Shown here: in pieces, positions 1-15,123 of the stretch | Layout: every line of letters starts with the position of its first letter | Position numbering within the stretch: the stretch's first letter is position 1 | Source: Eledone cirrhosa | Lineage: Eukaryota | Assembly: GCA_964016885.1 (NCBI GenBank) | Contig: OZ024742.1 | Coordinates: 135,780,001 to 135,844,000, forward strand | Direction: 5' to 3' | DNA: 64,000 nt | Program-made: the position numbers and the translations under genes | Notes under the pieces: generated by a model | What the model was told of the DNA's origin: nothing | What the model saw: the letters and a program-made list of their open reading frames with translations, nothing else | Databases searched by the model: none

Positions 1-279
1 GAAATTTGAATGTTTTCTTTAACACACGTTTATGAATGATGGTGTTGTTGTCACAATACAATCAATAAACATGATGGCTTTTTTTTCTGTGAGAAGAGAT
101 TAAATTTACTACAGTAAGGCATCGAATCATTCATCAATTCAACAACTGTGTCACTGGTTCTAGCAGCGATGTTCATCTCTGTGCGTTAATTTCAGATATA
201 AATGATCCATTATAGATTTATACGGCATATGATTAGATTTGAACATTTAATGAAGAATGTTTCTACTCTGTTGACTTCA

Positions 280-354
<75 letters not shown>

Positions 355-431
355 CATGTTATCTGTATGCATGTTATCTGTCGATAAAAGGGCAAGAAAA
401 ACAATGCTGAATCTATTGCACGTGAGCTTAC

Positions 432-461
<30 letters not shown>

Positions 462-471
<10 letters not shown>

Positions 472-656
472 CAATTAACATTTATTCGAAACCTTTTGTT
501 TCGGGTTCCAGATATGCTCACCACTGTATAATGGAGGAACCGTTTCTAAACTGGTCTCTCATCGGGTGATAGAAAATTACCATTATACAATGGGTGCCAT
601 ATCTGGACCGCGAATCCTAAGATCACGCATATATATTGTGTATAAAATTTTGAACA
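462..656. mobile_element. Degenerate inverted-repeat PLE-type end between (TA)n tracts, with possible decayed HHR
   Basis: CCAGATATGCTCACCACTGTATAATGG (~507-533) is inverted at ~580-606. The minus strand reads CCGATGA...GGAACCCGAAAC. Confidence 0.35.
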
Positions 657-985
657 TATATATATATACCAGGACTGAACAGAGTCTGATTTTCCGCCTT
701 GGGTCCTGTTTCCATAATAGACTCAACTCCCCTCCCCAATTTCTTTAAAATTATACATATAGGTTCGTCCTTAATTCACTACCCCTTGCTCCCGTCACGT
801 TTACCCCGTCCATTATCACACTAGCGCTTGTACATTCTTCCCTAGATTCCTATGGCTCTCTTATGGTCAGATACATATACTCTTAATGCTGATACAGTCC
901 AACTAAATACGCACACACACCTCTACTTTCTCCTTCACACATTCCCTTATGTTAACATACTTTTCATCAGAGCATCATACTTACA

Positions 986-1096
<111 letters not shown>

Positions 1097-1339
1097 TCTT
1101 TGACATCTATATACACACACTTATCCTCTTAGCTTCGTACGGACGTATAACACACAGGGGCATACGCACGCGCACACGTATAGCTCTAAATACTAAACGT
1201 TTTTTTTTTTTTCCATTTCAGATAGACGCGCTCCATCATCCACTTTTCTAAAAAAGTGTATCATACACAAAACCCCAAGAGATGGCAACAAGAATGGACT
1301 TGTTATTTTCCTCTAAAAACATTTTATCTGATTCTGCCC

Positions 1340-1480
1340 TGCCGTCCCTTCAATCTTTCTTAGCGTCCGAAACGTTAAGACCCCCCTCTTGCTATTTCAA
1401 GCGTTAGACCTTCCATATACTGTATTCCTTCCATATACTGTACCATTTGTGTTGTTTGTTATGTCTGTTTACATTTTACA
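1340..1480 (+). mobile_element. Fragment of HHR-bearing repeat family B
   Basis: GTCCGAAACGTTAAGA...CAAGCGTT...GTCTGTTTACATTT is shared with 8860-9090 and 55810-55992. Confidence 0.45.
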
Positions 1481-1569
1481 TGGTGGCTGCCAACTCGTTT
1501 TCGAGTACGGCCACTACTTTATATCCATGTAGGAGAACCCCTACCGATGCGCTGAACGAGTGTGACTTT

Positions 1570-2093
1570 TTAGTCCAGCCAGCGACTTGAAAACTCTGGT
1601 ACAAACACTACACTTGTGACAATTATTGACACATAGTGCTGGGCCCATGGTACCATGTGATGACAAGTGCGGAGAGATCTCCAGATATAAAGCAATGCCT
1701 GTGCTGTGAAGCTTTTATAGTGAGCAAAGGCACTGCACAAAGCCAGTCCCACTCTCTTAACCAAGATGATATTTACCAAAAAGAAGAACAAGTCAACATC
1801 ATTGGATACCATCAGGGTTGCAGGTGTTATATCAGAGTTTTCCTTCTCTTAGAATTCTGCCTTGACAAAGGCTAAGGGGTCATCTCTCCCAGTGATTTTG
1901 GATGGCCATTGACTCTTAAGAGCTCCTTTGCCCTTCGACAGGTTTTGTTTTTAGTCCTGCAGGATGTCCAAAGTCACCCTCTTCACCAAGAAACCTTGGT
2001 GGGGTTGCCAGTTTAGTCGCCAACGACCCGACCATGAGACAGGTTGTACTGGGATACATGTTACCAGTAGCACCAAGTGGTGACCTGACATTT
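1570..2093. repeat. Interspersed repeat, possibly a LINE UTR remnant; related to 61085-61260
   Basis: AAGAAGAACAAGTCAACATCATTGGATACCATCAGGGTTGCAG at ~1780 matches AGGAAGAACAGGTCAACATCATTGGCTGCCATCAAGTTGCAG at ~61107. Confidence 0.45.
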
Positions 2094-2158
<65 letters not shown>

Positions 2159-2229
2159 CGGTGTGTGTGTGTGTGTGTTTTAATAGTCTTTGCTTTAAGA
2201 CGACCAACTTTCAAATTGTATAGTATATC

Positions 2230-2307
<78 letters not shown>

Positions 2308-2805
2308 CATATAAATGAACTGATTAACTGCTATATAAGTATATTACTGAAGATGTATGATGCTTTGTTATACTCAATATGTTTCCTCTTTAACTAAATT
2401 GAAATAACATAAGCTTTAATTGAATAATTTGTAAAGTTATTAAATAGGTCAAAGAAATCTGTTCTTTCATCTCATCTTATATGTATATATGTGTATGTAT
2501 GTGTGTGTCTGTGAGTGTGTGAATGCGTGTACCTGTAATTCTTTAAAATTTACAAACACATACATGCAATGCATTTCCTCTATCAGTCATATCGGTAGAA
2601 CAAAATGTTCGTTTTCCAATCACAAGTTGCTTGCATTCGTCCCTGTAAATAGTTATTTCTCCAAACTTACTCATACATTTAACACTGCATATTATTTGTA
2701 CGTAGATTTGTGCCTGTAAGATGTGGCAACAATATTACAACGTTACAATCCAATAATTAAGTACAGATAATAATACCATTAAATCTAATGCCATATAATA
2801 CTAAT

Positions 2806-2990
2806 GTGGATTGGCAGTATCGGTAGAGGGTCGGACGACATGCTTTGACGCATAGAGTTACGGCCCTTGCCATTCTGAGTTCAAATCCCGCCGAGGTTAA
2901 CTTTGCCTTTCATCCTTACGGGGTCGATAAAATAAAGTACCAGTAATGCACTGGTTGATTGCTGGCCTTGTGTCAAAAGTAGAAACAATT
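2806..2990 (+). mobile_element. tRNA-derived SINE
   Basis: A-box-like TGGCAGTATCGGTAGA, B-box GAGTTCAAATCCC and core CTTTCATCCTTACGGGGTCGATAAAATAAAGTACCAG. Other copies at 7980 and 60852. Confidence 0.85.
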
Positions 2991-3453
2991 ACATCACATT
3001 AAAATCCACCACAGCAGAGAAAAAAGTGAAATATTATATCACTGAATAAACGATAATGCATCATTATTTATATACAATACATCATGAAATAAAACCATCT
3101 TATACGAAACTGCATCAAATAAACAACAATGATAGTAACAATAACAATAACAACAAGGACAGTTCACTAGAAAACATCGGAGCATATAATATATTGGAAT
3201 ACATTAGTTAAGAAATTGATAAATACTGATGAGACTGACATCGATAGATCTTCAATGAGAAGAGCAGCAAATTGGCAACATCTGTGCAATGGATGAATTC
3301 TGGTCCCTGAACAAGATTTTATTCTTCCAGCCTTTGTTTGTGTCAATGTTATTTGGGGTGAGGTGATGGGTAAGGGAAGGAAGACGAAGCAAATGACAGT
3401 AGTGACAAAGCAAATGAGGCAAATGAAATGAGAGAAGAAAGAGACACAAGTGC

Positions 3454-3566
3454 TTAGTGGGTGTGGGTAGAGGAGTAGCGACGAGCATGAGTGTAGAGTT
3501 CGGGGAAAAGACAATCACTGAAATTAGAGCGATGGTCCAAAGGCAATGAACTTCCGAGATCCTCAT
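3454..3566 (-). CDS. Candidate terminal exon of an unidentified host gene (EDLGSSLPLDHRSNFSDCLFPELYTHARRYSSTHTH*)
   Basis: Non-repetitive open frame after a cag acceptor. Phase-compatible with candidate exon 6081-6175. No homology recognised. Confidence 0.25.
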
Positions 3567-3857
3567 CTGATAATATGCTATCATATATGCACGCACATAC
3601 ACACAGACATACACACACAAAGACACGCACAAAAACACTCACAACCATACAGATACACACACATATATATATTCACATATACAAGTATGTGAGTGCGCCG
3701 ATATGTGCATACATATGTATACAGGCAGACACATGGAAGTAAACTATTGAACGCACGCATATATTTGTGTATTTGCATGTACAAATCTATACAATTACAT
3801 GAAGATGTAATGGTATTTTTCATTTAATGTGAGTACGAAAACTTATATGTTCATGTC

Positions 3858-3920
<63 letters not shown>

Positions 3921-3939
3921 CATACATATATACTTACAT

Positions 3940-3975
<36 letters not shown>

Positions 3976-4018
3976 GTATGTATCTAAGTATGTATATATA
4001 TATATATATTCATGTATG

Positions 4019-4055
<37 letters not shown>

Positions 4056-4541
4056 TGGGGAGTACGTATGCGTTTATGGGTATTGCATGTACGTACATGT
4101 CCGCTATGTATTTTATATATGCGTGGGTTCAGTTTTAATGCCTCTCCATTTGGGAAATGACGAGAAGATCTAAGGTCCGAAATAACATAAGACCGGTATT
4201 TCTAGCAATATCAAGAGAGGAGGGGGGGGTGAAAGAGATTGGGTGAGAGAAATAGAGAGAGTGTGTGTGTGAGAGTGAAAGAGGCCGAGGTGGAACAGAG
4301 AGACAGACATACAGACATAAAGGCTGATTGGCGTGTAAGTAAAATAAAGGATGAGAGTTAGAAAGAATAAAATATATATGAGAAATGGAATAGGAAAAGG
4401 AACGGCGAGGTGGAGAATGAAAGATAGGAAGCGTATGAAGTAATATAGGGTAATGATTGTCGCCAATGGTTTTAGACGTAACGGGATAGATCCATGGCTG
4501 TGTTTGTGTGTGTGTGTGTGTGTGTGTAACTGTCTGCGTTC

Positions 4542-4579
<38 letters not shown>

Positions 4580-4592
4580 ACATATATATATG

Positions 4593-4630
<38 letters not shown>

Positions 4631-4631
4631 C

Positions 4632-4756
<125 letters not shown>

Positions 4757-4809
4757 TATATGTATATTTATAAATATACATATATATATATATGCATAGA
4801 TACACACAC

Positions 4810-4865
<56 letters not shown>

Positions 4866-4888
4866 GTCTGTGTTTATATATACATACA

Positions 4889-4921
<33 letters not shown>

Positions 4922-4925
4922 GTAG

Positions 4926-5006
<81 letters not shown>

Positions 5007-5603
5007 TATATTTATATACATATATAAGACGTACTTACCAAATAAACTCATACATGTTTAAAGAAAGGAACGGAATCACCACTAAATTTTGGACTGCCTT
5101 TAATCCGCAATCTAATCTCATACTTCTAACCAGACCTCATCATCCCAATTTCTTTTCTTTTTTTGTTGATGGGTAGTGGGGATGAGTGTGTCTGTATAGG
5201 GTCGGGCGGTGGTGTTGAACTTAATCTAATCTTCTACCACCACGAAATATCAGCTGAACACTTCTTTCAAAGTTAATAGAGTTTATCCTGAATGTCCACT
5301 TTCGGCTAACGATCTCTTCCCCCACCCCCACCCACCAAAAGGTCCAGTGTACACACACAAAGACATACACACACCAAGAGACAGGCACACACACATACAC
5401 GTAAAAACATATGCATGCACACACACACACATATACGCATTCATATACATTCATGAACATATGCACGCTCATACATATTAATAAACACTCACGCACATAC
5501 ACGCTCATGTACGACACATACGTACAACATACACATACACACACACACACACATATACACATGCACACACATACACAGAAACACATGCTTGAACTCTTTC
5601 TCT

Positions 5604-5640
<37 letters not shown>

Positions 5641-6080
5641 ACACACATACACACGAGAATGCACATGCAAACACACACATACAAATGCTAAAATGTTCCT
5701 TCACACACAAACACAGACACACAGACACACAAACACACAGACACATATGTTTAGAATCTCTCACACATACACGAACAAACATAAATCGACATACACAGAT
5801 ACCCTTCGTAATTAGACTTGTTCGTTCTATTTCCAATTTCCACAGCACCACAACCTCCATTACCACATTCACCACTACCAAGAACACTTTCAAAGCCATC
5901 ACCATAAGTATTAATACACACACCTGCCAATATCTGCACACACGCATGCACACATACGCATACACAAACAAAGAAACATAGAAATAAATACATACAGACA
6001 CATGCATGTATAATGTACAATTATACACTCATATTCCTCCTATAAAGTGGCGCATTTCAAACGTTAATGTCCACAATTAC

Positions 6081-6175
6081 CATTATCTCTAACACCATCA
6101 GAATCAAACGAGGTAGATTCTAACTGGTCGTACAATCTGCTAAACAAGACACTTTGGATGATGTGGTTTGGATAC
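6081..6175 (-). CDS. Candidate internal exon (YPNHIIQSVLFSRLYDQLESTSFDSDGVRDN)
   Basis: Acceptor ttttttatgtgcag, 95-nt open frame, donor G|gtaatt. Confidence 0.3.
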
Positions 6176-6539
6176 CTGCACATAAAAAACTATAGATTGG
6201 TCATAGCTGGTTTGCTTTCGATCACATGTCTTCTCAATCGAAGTTGGCTGATTGGTGTTCATCATAGGACTGTTCCAATAGGATCTACTTGTGATCAAGC
6301 AACAACAAGAACATGTACGAGAAATCCATAACGTGCTCACATCTAAATACTTGAAATAACAGCTAAATCTTTCTCAAATCATAACTTACCGTCTCGGAGA
6401 AAAAAATAATATGCACACGCATCTAGCCTTAAACACCTCGCCATCTTGGAAAAGGTATTTTGTATCTACAAGCTTCAACTTTGTATCTACAAGCTTGCTT
6501 CTTTTAAAACAGTAGGATCTGATATGTAAGTGGTTTAGT

Positions 6540-6720
6540 TATTAGCTTGGAAATATGTAACCAGCGGCAGTATTGTTCAAAGTTCGCTACAACATTTAAA
6601 TACGTCGTTAGAGCAACGGACAAAATTATTTGCTGTATTTATTCTGATTCGTTATATTCTGAGTTCAAATTGCACCGATGTCGGTTGTGAGTTTCTTTTT
6701 CTTGGGGTCGATAAAACTTC
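6540..6720 (+). mobile_element. Degenerate tRNA-SINE copy
   Basis: TTCTGAGTTCAAAT...GGGGTCGATAAAA matches the SINE at 2806. Confidence 0.55.
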
Positions 6721-7979
6721 CAGCTTTGTGATTATGTAAGAGCTTATTTTTATTACATGGCGGTGAGTTGATTGTCAGAATCGATAGAGAGTCGGTGCGA
6801 TATATGACAGTACCCTTTACATTCTGATGTCCATAGTGTGGAAAATATGCCGCGTGCAAAGGAAACATAGTTTCCTTGAGCTGGTTATGGGATAGGTTTC
6901 ATTATATATTTTTTCAAATATATTAGATGTCTCTAACCCTACTTTTGTTTATATATACCTTGCTTATGCTGACTCCTAAATATCATGTAGGGCATTTGTT
7001 TAATTGTATACATGAGTGGGCTATTGTGGTAATAATAAAGGAATCATCTATCATATTCTCATATTCTCTTTGGAACATACTCAAAGACACAATTAGAATC
7101 TTTAGCACAATAAAACAATTTCAGGTTTCATCTTTTCAATGAGGGCTACCCTGGAAATAAATGTAAGAGATAGTTGAAATATTTAACATAATTACAGAGA
7201 TTTATAAATTGATGTATCAAGCTAGATATAGGGACATTTATCAAACGTGGAATTTGCACAGGAATCACCAGTTACGTTTAGTGTTACAAGGAGGATCACT
7301 GGAAAGATGGGGAAACGTCCTATTTAATTATATTTAGGTTCTGAGTTCAATCCCAACTAGGGTTGATTTTGACATCCATCTTTCGGGAATTAATACACGA
7401 AATACAATAGACGAATTGAATGCACTAATTCCCAAACAAATGCTCCTCTCCCTTACTTTCGTTGCTTGATCCATTTTTTCCATTTTTTCTTTCTTTTTCT
7501 TGCCTTTAATAGTGTGTTTTGTTTTTGTATAAACGACTTTATAAGATAAAATATAGTAGCAAATATGTCAAAATATACGTGCTTGGTCTTGTATCAAATT
7601 AAAAAAATAAATGCTCGATAGAGTGAAAATCGCAAGCTGAAAAATATAGTGGTCGCTCAGGGAGAGTTTTCTAGTCGATCCCGTAGCGGTATAAACATCT
7701 GGCAGACTATGTCACTACTCACTGTGATCCTAATGAGAAGGCCACTCACGAGAACGAGCTAAGCGAGCTGGACAGGCAGTTTCAGTGCATTTTTTCTGGG
7801 TATCCCCCAGCGTAAACCATTCACCATTCCGTCCACCGAGACCACGGAGCAATATCAATAAAATAAATATGAAGCTTGACATTTTAACAAAGAAAGAGAT
7901 GAATCGTTCTGATCATGCATTTTTTTTTTTCATAAACACCACTAATGTAATTGAAAAAGGTTTCATTATAATCATTTCT

Positions 7980-8195
7980 GGCGATGAATTGACAGTATCG
8001 GTAGAGCTTAGGACACCATGTTTCCCAGCATAGAGTTATGTACCTTTAGGTTCTGAGTTCAAATCCCGCTGAGATGAGCTTCACCTTTCACTCGTACAAA
8101 GTCGATAAAATAAAGTACTGGTAACGTACTGGGCTTGGTTTAATCGACTTTCCCCTACACGCCAATTATTGGCCTTGTACCTTAATAAGGAAACA
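7980..8195 (+). mobile_element. tRNA-derived SINE
   Basis: Same A/B boxes (TGACAGTATCGGTAGA, GAGTTCAAATCCC) and GTCGATAAAATAAAGTAC core as 2806-2990. Confidence 0.85.
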
Positions 8196-8609
8196 TAATC
8201 TTTTCATTAGCAAAGGAGGATTTCCTTGCCATTTCACATAAAGACAGACGATGAGCTGAGATAATAGACAAGGATCAGTATCCATATGTCTAGGGGTTGA
8301 GATGAAGACGGAGTAACCGGGTAGAGAAATGGCTGAGGTTTGGGGAAAGAGACAATGTGTCTTGAAGCATAAGAAGTCGTAATCAGAGGATGTTGTGTGG
8401 TCGTGATATTTAGGAGCACTTCCTTTGAACAAGTTGCTTTATTAGGTATGCAGTTATCTTGATCAACCGACCAGCAAGTCAAACTCCAACAACATACACA
8501 CACACTACTATCCAGCCATCAAACAACCCCAATTATTTTGATGACAATTTCTGCATCAGTCTGAATATATCTTCCTCTCTTCATCTCCGTCTCTATCTTT
8601 CTCTCTCTC

Positions 8610-8679
<70 letters not shown>

Positions 8680-8859
8680 ATGTGTGCGTGCATATGTGTG
8701 ACACTCTCCGTCAGTCTATCTGTCTGTCTGTCACTCTCTCTCTCTCACACACACACATACACACACATACCTAATTACTATCTCTTGCACGCACACGAAC
8801 ATCTTGCGTGTACATATATAAATGACTAACCTGAACCACACGTCTTTTTTCTCAAAATA

Positions 8860-9092
8860 CTTTTATCCGTTACTTCATCTTCACTCCCTTCTACCATTCT
8901 CTCATCTGATAAAGGACTTGAGTCCGAAATGTTGATACTCGTTTCCTACTATATCAAGCGTCATTTTACTCTATTGTCTGATTTATTGTTGTCTGTTTAC
9001 ATTTCGCATATGCAAATACATACATAAAGATTTAAACTAATGTGTTTCGTCATTGTACTGTCTCGTTTGCTTTGTTAATTATGTCCACTTTT
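8860..9092 (+). mobile_element. Family B PLE-type end with degenerate minimal HHR (8902-8937)
   Basis: CTGATAA-a-GGAC-ttga-GTCC-GAAA-tgtt. Homologous to 55810-55992 (-). Confidence 0.6.
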
Positions 9093-9124
9093 TACATACA
9101 CAGACACACAAATACACACACACA

Positions 9125-9156
<32 letters not shown>

Positions 9157-9167
9157 TATATATGTAT

Positions 9168-9352
9168 AACGACGGAAATGTGGTAAGGAACCAGGTGGAC
9201 CATAACGCACCAAAGTACTCAATACTTAGGGTAGTAGAGTGGGTAATAGGAACGAGTAGGACCCCGAGGGCTGAGCTCAAGCCGGTTCGACGGCCAATTC
9301 TGGACTTAGCCGTCGAAACGGCTTGAGCTCAGCCGTCGGGGTCCTACTCGTT

Positions 9353-9356
<4 letters not shown>
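9168..9356 (-). mobile_element. Family A PLE-type end: tail plus fold-back inverted repeat centred in HHR stem II
   Basis: Arms 9247-9295 and 9308-9356. HHR 3' half GTCGAAAC-GGCT-tgagctc-AGCC-GTC-GGGGT. Flanked by TA repeats; 8 copies in the window. Confidence 0.85.
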
Positions 9357-9669
<313 letters not shown>

Positions 9670-9739
9670 CTCTACAGGTTCATTCTGTCATTACAACACC
9701 AGCGGTCAGCGAGCTTTTGTTCCAGAGTCGGGCTAGATC

Positions 9740-9840
9740 GATACGGATCGAACTTTGGGCTGATTAATAGCGAAACGCGCGTTACTACTCAATAATCGTA
9801 ATGAATACATAACAACCCGTCCTCTTATTATTGTTATTTT

Positions 9841-9842
<2 letters not shown>
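9740..9842 (+). mobile_element. PLE-type end with HHR 3' half
   Basis: TAGC-GAAAC-gcgc-GTT, with a palindromic stem III (AACGCGCGTT) typical of minimal PLE hammerheads. Confidence 0.4.
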
Positions 9843-9889
<47 letters not shown>

Positions 9890-9894
9890 CATAT

Positions 9895-9981
9895 AACGAA
9901 GGAAGAGAGGTAAGGAGCCAGATGGACCATAACGCACCAGAGTACTCAATACTTAGGGTAGTAGAGTGGGTAATAGGAAAA
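9895..9981 (-). mobile_element. Family A tail-only copy
   Basis: GGACCATAACGCACCAGAGTACTCAATACTTAGGGTAGTAGAGTGGGTAATAGG is near-identical to the 9168 copy. Confidence 0.85.
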
Positions 9982-10147
9982 TGATTGTATTGTAGGTATC
10001 ATGCAGCAGAGGTGAAAACATATTTACAATATATTTTAGTTCTGTACACAACATATCGTAGAGTTTTTTTTTCTTTATCTAGTCTACAAAAACTATTAAC
10101 ACTATAAATACATATATATATACATATATATACACTATATGTGCGTG

Positions 10148-10260
<113 letters not shown>

Positions 10261-10569
10261 ATCTATATGTGCGTTTTTGCATGCGCATATTTGTGTTAAA
10301 CTTGTAAACGAAAGACCCTGCTAGTACTCAATACGTATGCATGTATAGATATCTATGTCCAGTGAATATACGTACACGTACATATATACAAAGCAATTAT
10401 GATATGCATTACATCAAAGTTAAATGAAGAGAGTCTTCTATAAATTATTTATGAGAACACGATACAACGCAACTATTACAATAGCCCGATTATATATTAG
10501 ACCGTGTTTATCATTTATATAAATGATATCCTTCATCTTATTGTAAGATCTAAATGGTGCCCATTCATG

Positions 10570-10690
10570 GCTGCTGCTGTTGCTGCTGCTACTGCTACTA
10601 CTACTACTACTACTACGACTACTACTACTACTACTACTGCTACTGCTGCTGCTGTTACTGCTACTGCTGCTGCTACTGCTCTTGCTGGTG
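10570..10690. repeat. (CTG/CTA)n trinucleotide microsatellite
   Basis: Direct reading of the sequence. Confidence 0.9.
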
Positions 10691-10922
10691 CTACAGCTCA
10701 TTTACATACTGTTGATTAACCAAACATCTTCGTCTGCACACTTGTCTAGCCTCTTTATCCTGTCGCTTCAGGCTTCCGATGTTAATCAGTTTTAGCCGTC
10801 TTTTGCCATCTCTCGCCGTCTCAAGCCGTCCCTGGTAGACCTTGGTCATTTCAGACATCTATTCGTATTTTCATTATATATATATATATATATATTTTCA
10901 TTATATATATATATATATATAT

Positions 10923-11112
10923 ATAATATAAGATCAAAGGATGGTTAAAGGAGTTCAATGTATTTTATTATGCGCATAATAAAATACATGGAACTCCTTT
11001 AACCATCTTTTGATCTTATATTATGTATACTCCAGTCCTACAAACTGTAGAGTGCTTCTTATCCGATATCTGCATTGCTTTATTGTACTACAATAAAACT
11101 CACCTCCTACAT

Positions 11113-11113
<1 letters not shown>
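10923..11113 (+). mobile_element. Near-perfect 102-bp palindrome (10923-11024) plus 3' tail with bulged stem-loop
   Basis: Centre TGC|GCA. Tail ACTC-CAGT-cctacaa-ACTG-TA-GAGT at 11029-11053. Second hairpin at 11079-11097. (TA)n on both sides. Confidence 0.75.
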
Positions 11114-11159
<46 letters not shown>

Positions 11160-11323
11160 ATGTATATATAAATATATGAAGGTATATGTATATATATATG
11201 CACACACACACACACACAAATGTATTTGTTTTTTCTTTATATTCTATACGGCTCAGAAATATCTCTTTCTTAGAACTAGTTTGTTGTAAGAGACTATTTT
11301 GAGTTCCTAACTCAATATATACC

Positions 11324-11405
<82 letters not shown>

Positions 11406-11485
11406 TTATATATATGTATATATATATATATATGTATATATGTACATATATGTATACATGTATATATATATATATACATATATTT

Positions 11486-11546
<61 letters not shown>

Positions 11547-11681
11547 CGTGTGCGTGTGTGTGTAGTGAGTGAGAGAGCGCATGAATGTGTGCATGCGTGT
11601 ATATACATATATGTATATATATTGCATTCACAATTACATTATCTCAATGATAACTTATTACATATATATATATATATAAAG

Positions 11682-11717
<36 letters not shown>

Positions 11718-11731
11718 GTATATATATATAT

Positions 11732-11819
<88 letters not shown>

Positions 11820-11829
11820 GTATATATAT

Positions 11830-11918
<89 letters not shown>

Positions 11919-12336
11919 ATAAGTTATCATTGAGATAATGTAATTGTGAATGCACATTTATGGTAATGTGCCTAATTAATCACATGGGAATATCCTACTG
12001 GCTGTGTACAGACCCATACTGTCATGTTCTCATAAATAATTATTATTCTATGAGGCCTATACCTTTATTGTTATTATTACTGCTTTTGCTGATGTTGCTG
12101 TTTTTGTTTTTGTTTTAGTTGATGTAGTTTGCTGCAGAAAGATGTGTCTTGGAGCGGTTACTAAATGCCTTGTTACATATCTCTTAATTCAAGATGCATG
12201 TATGCATAGTCTTTTATTATTATTATTATTATTACTTTTATATCAATGCGGCAAAAGAGAGTTTAATTATTACACATACACACACTGACAGACTGACACA
12301 CAACCACAAACATGCACACACACACACATACACACA

Positions 12337-12423
<87 letters not shown>

Positions 12424-12789
12424 ATTAAACTCTCGTACTCTTCCTTGTTATAAATTAATATACATTCATCTCCACCAACCTTCCCTGCTCACTGAGAAGA
12501 AAATGTTCAAGTTAATTGTTATTTGAATGTACTGTGTACATGACCAGAAATACATCTTCAGATGTTTAACGATCATAGATGTTCAGCATGACAATATTTT
12601 GGCATTATAGATACAAAGGTCCCTTCACATGTTTGAGATTGTGGGTTTGATCCCAATACACAGCTGCTTTTGTCAACATCTTCTATTTTCTACATTGGAT
12701 GGAACAAGGTTTTCGGAGAAATTTGGTATACAGAAAATGTGAAAAATTTTGTCGAATTCGTTGCGTCCAGTTTTTGGTTGATTAACTTT

Positions 12790-13300
12790 TAGCTGCCACA
12801 GTATTTAGTGTTGAGGGACATTCTGTTTAACATAGGATGCAGCAATGAATTGTGTTTGCACCATGAAATCTTTGAGTTGTCAGCTCGTTGTCTGGATGGG
12901 AAGTCCGTGTTGAACAGCGTCAAGAGCTGCTGGAAATAGTCTGGATGATTAGCCAGAGATCTGACCGGACCTCCAGTGGACAAGGTTATGTATAAGTGGA
13001 CATGGTTATGTGTAAGTGGGGAGGTTATGTATAAGTGGGGACTTCACGTCTATTATGTTCGCCACCTAATATTCCTGTCTAAGCTGATTGGAACGTCTGC
13101 TCTTTCACACATGCTTCACTGTTCAAGCTTTTGATCTGATGCAATAAAACTACGAGTAGCTGACTCAGTATACCATAGCTAACCTTGCTCAGGTCATGAA
13201 CAGCGGCTGCGGTCTTTGCATATGTGCCTGCTTGAGGAGAGGATGCGCTACTCGTTTCTCAGTTACATAATCCAGCAGACATTTTGCTGAGCTGCTGTTC
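12790..13300 (-). mobile_element. Highly decayed RTE-like LINE 3' remnant
   Basis: Fragmentary translation AKTAAAVHDLSKV...RILGG...REV resembles the RTE post-RT region. Confidence 0.3.
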
Positions 13301-15123
13301 TTTCTCAAGGAATGGCCATGACTGGTCACCTTCGATAAAGAAAATTGTTAGACACAAAGCTATTTACAAGTCAGGAAATTCGACAAATGGAATATTGACC
13401 AATGGCTTTTCTAAAAAACTAATTGTGGGGGAAAAGCTAAAATGATGTTACATGGAAGAGAATCGAAAGGCTGGTGTTTTCCACAAGACTTTCGGATAAC
13501 TTCAGATATTGCCGTTGATATAAATTTGTACATATACATTTATCCATTGATTCAAAGAATATACACCTTCATTAATGAAACGTGGATGATCATGCTCGTT
13601 GGCCAAAATAATAGCGCATTTACTTCACCTGCAAAAGCACTAGGAGGAAATATTCCTGATATTTATGCACTGTAGGGATGATACACACACAAAAAAAACA
13701 GTCATTAAAAAAACGTATGTTGAACAGCGATTTCAAAAGAAGCATCGAGCTTTGCATTCACGGGAGAAAATATCCTTTACTTGATTTACAAATACATGTA
13801 GCCACTTTATTGTTAAAATCTTGTGTTTTCAACATCAGCATCAGTCAGTGCAACCCGGTGTTATCCCCATTATACATTTGGAAAATTAGACCTTTACACT
13901 TAATTAAGTAATTTAGCATATTTCTGAAAGGTTTGATTTCTTTGATTGGTGCGCTGCTTGATTCATTATTGTTAATTTATTACTCATTTCACTGCAATGT
14001 CTAAATCTTGATGATTATCTGCCTAACTAGTTTGGCACCAGCATTTTAAACCAATTCATCACTGTCTTCCTTTGATTTGTACCTTTTGAAACTTTCATAC
14101 GCTTCCTCGCATCTGCAGATTAAGATTTAGAATTTGCATTAAATTACAAAGAAAATGTAGAGGTTTGGTCGCACTCTTGTGTAGCAAAATGGGTTGCTTT
14201 TTAACATCATACTCACCAAATACTCACGCACTCGAAGAAAAAGTTTCTGTCTTGTTTAAATATTCCAGTATCTGGTTATGAGGAAGGTTCACATGCTTTT
14301 TCTTTTGATTATAGTTTTCCTTGATGTCATGATGTGAAATATAAAACATAATGATGCTTAATCACCGAAATACTAGTAACACAAACTGTGTTGCGTATAG
14401 AATATACATTTTTAATGAATTTATAAGCGAAGATTCTCACCGTAAAACATGTAAAAGTGAATAGTTAAAAGGTAAACCATATATGATTAACAGACAGATT
14501 ATAGATGAAATAAAAGAAAGAACCAAGGAAATCAGGATTGAATCAATGAAAATAGTAGGCGAAATAAAAATCTTGATAGCTAGAAGGAAAAGGAATATTT
14601 CTTAGAAAGCAATGTAAAAGTGATTAATAAATGTGATTTTTATCGCTGACATGCCATTCGTTTTCGGTTATTATATTTATCACTCTCCATTTATCACAAC
14701 CACCCGCTTAGTACATATGATAAAACGAGCAGTAGTGTCCGCAATTCTATTTTTTTTTTAAACTGCAACAGCATTTTAACAGGGAAAGGAGAGGGCATAA
14801 AAATCAGTTTCCTTTAATAATCAATAATTATATTATTGAGTTAGCTCAAATATTACGCTGATGGTATCATCTTTTATGCTCTCAACTAACACTCAACCTC
14901 TACAAAACATAAGGATGGTAGTGGAAGCCAACACTCACATTCATATTGTTAAGTGAGACGTCGTCCTGCTTATATGATATCGAATTTAAGGGTGTCCGTT
15001 TTATTGATGTATTACTGCCTATATATCCTGGCAGCAGGACATTGGTCATTACTTTTCTCATCACGAAGACTAATCTGATACGATCATGCAAGAGTGAACT
15101 ATAAACACACACACACATACACG

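Noticed and set aside
2806-2890. Functional tRNA gene
   Set aside because: A/B boxes are present but there is no cloverleaf, and the sequence continues into a SINE core in several copies.
8166-8503. ORFs as a host exon
   Set aside because: DYDFLCFKT...ISLPGYSVF looks more like a decayed LINE endonuclease N-terminus, and there is no clear donor site.
10438-10795. Poly-S/T/L ORFs (also at 58326-58778)
   Set aside because: Trinucleotide repeats with no flanking coding signal.
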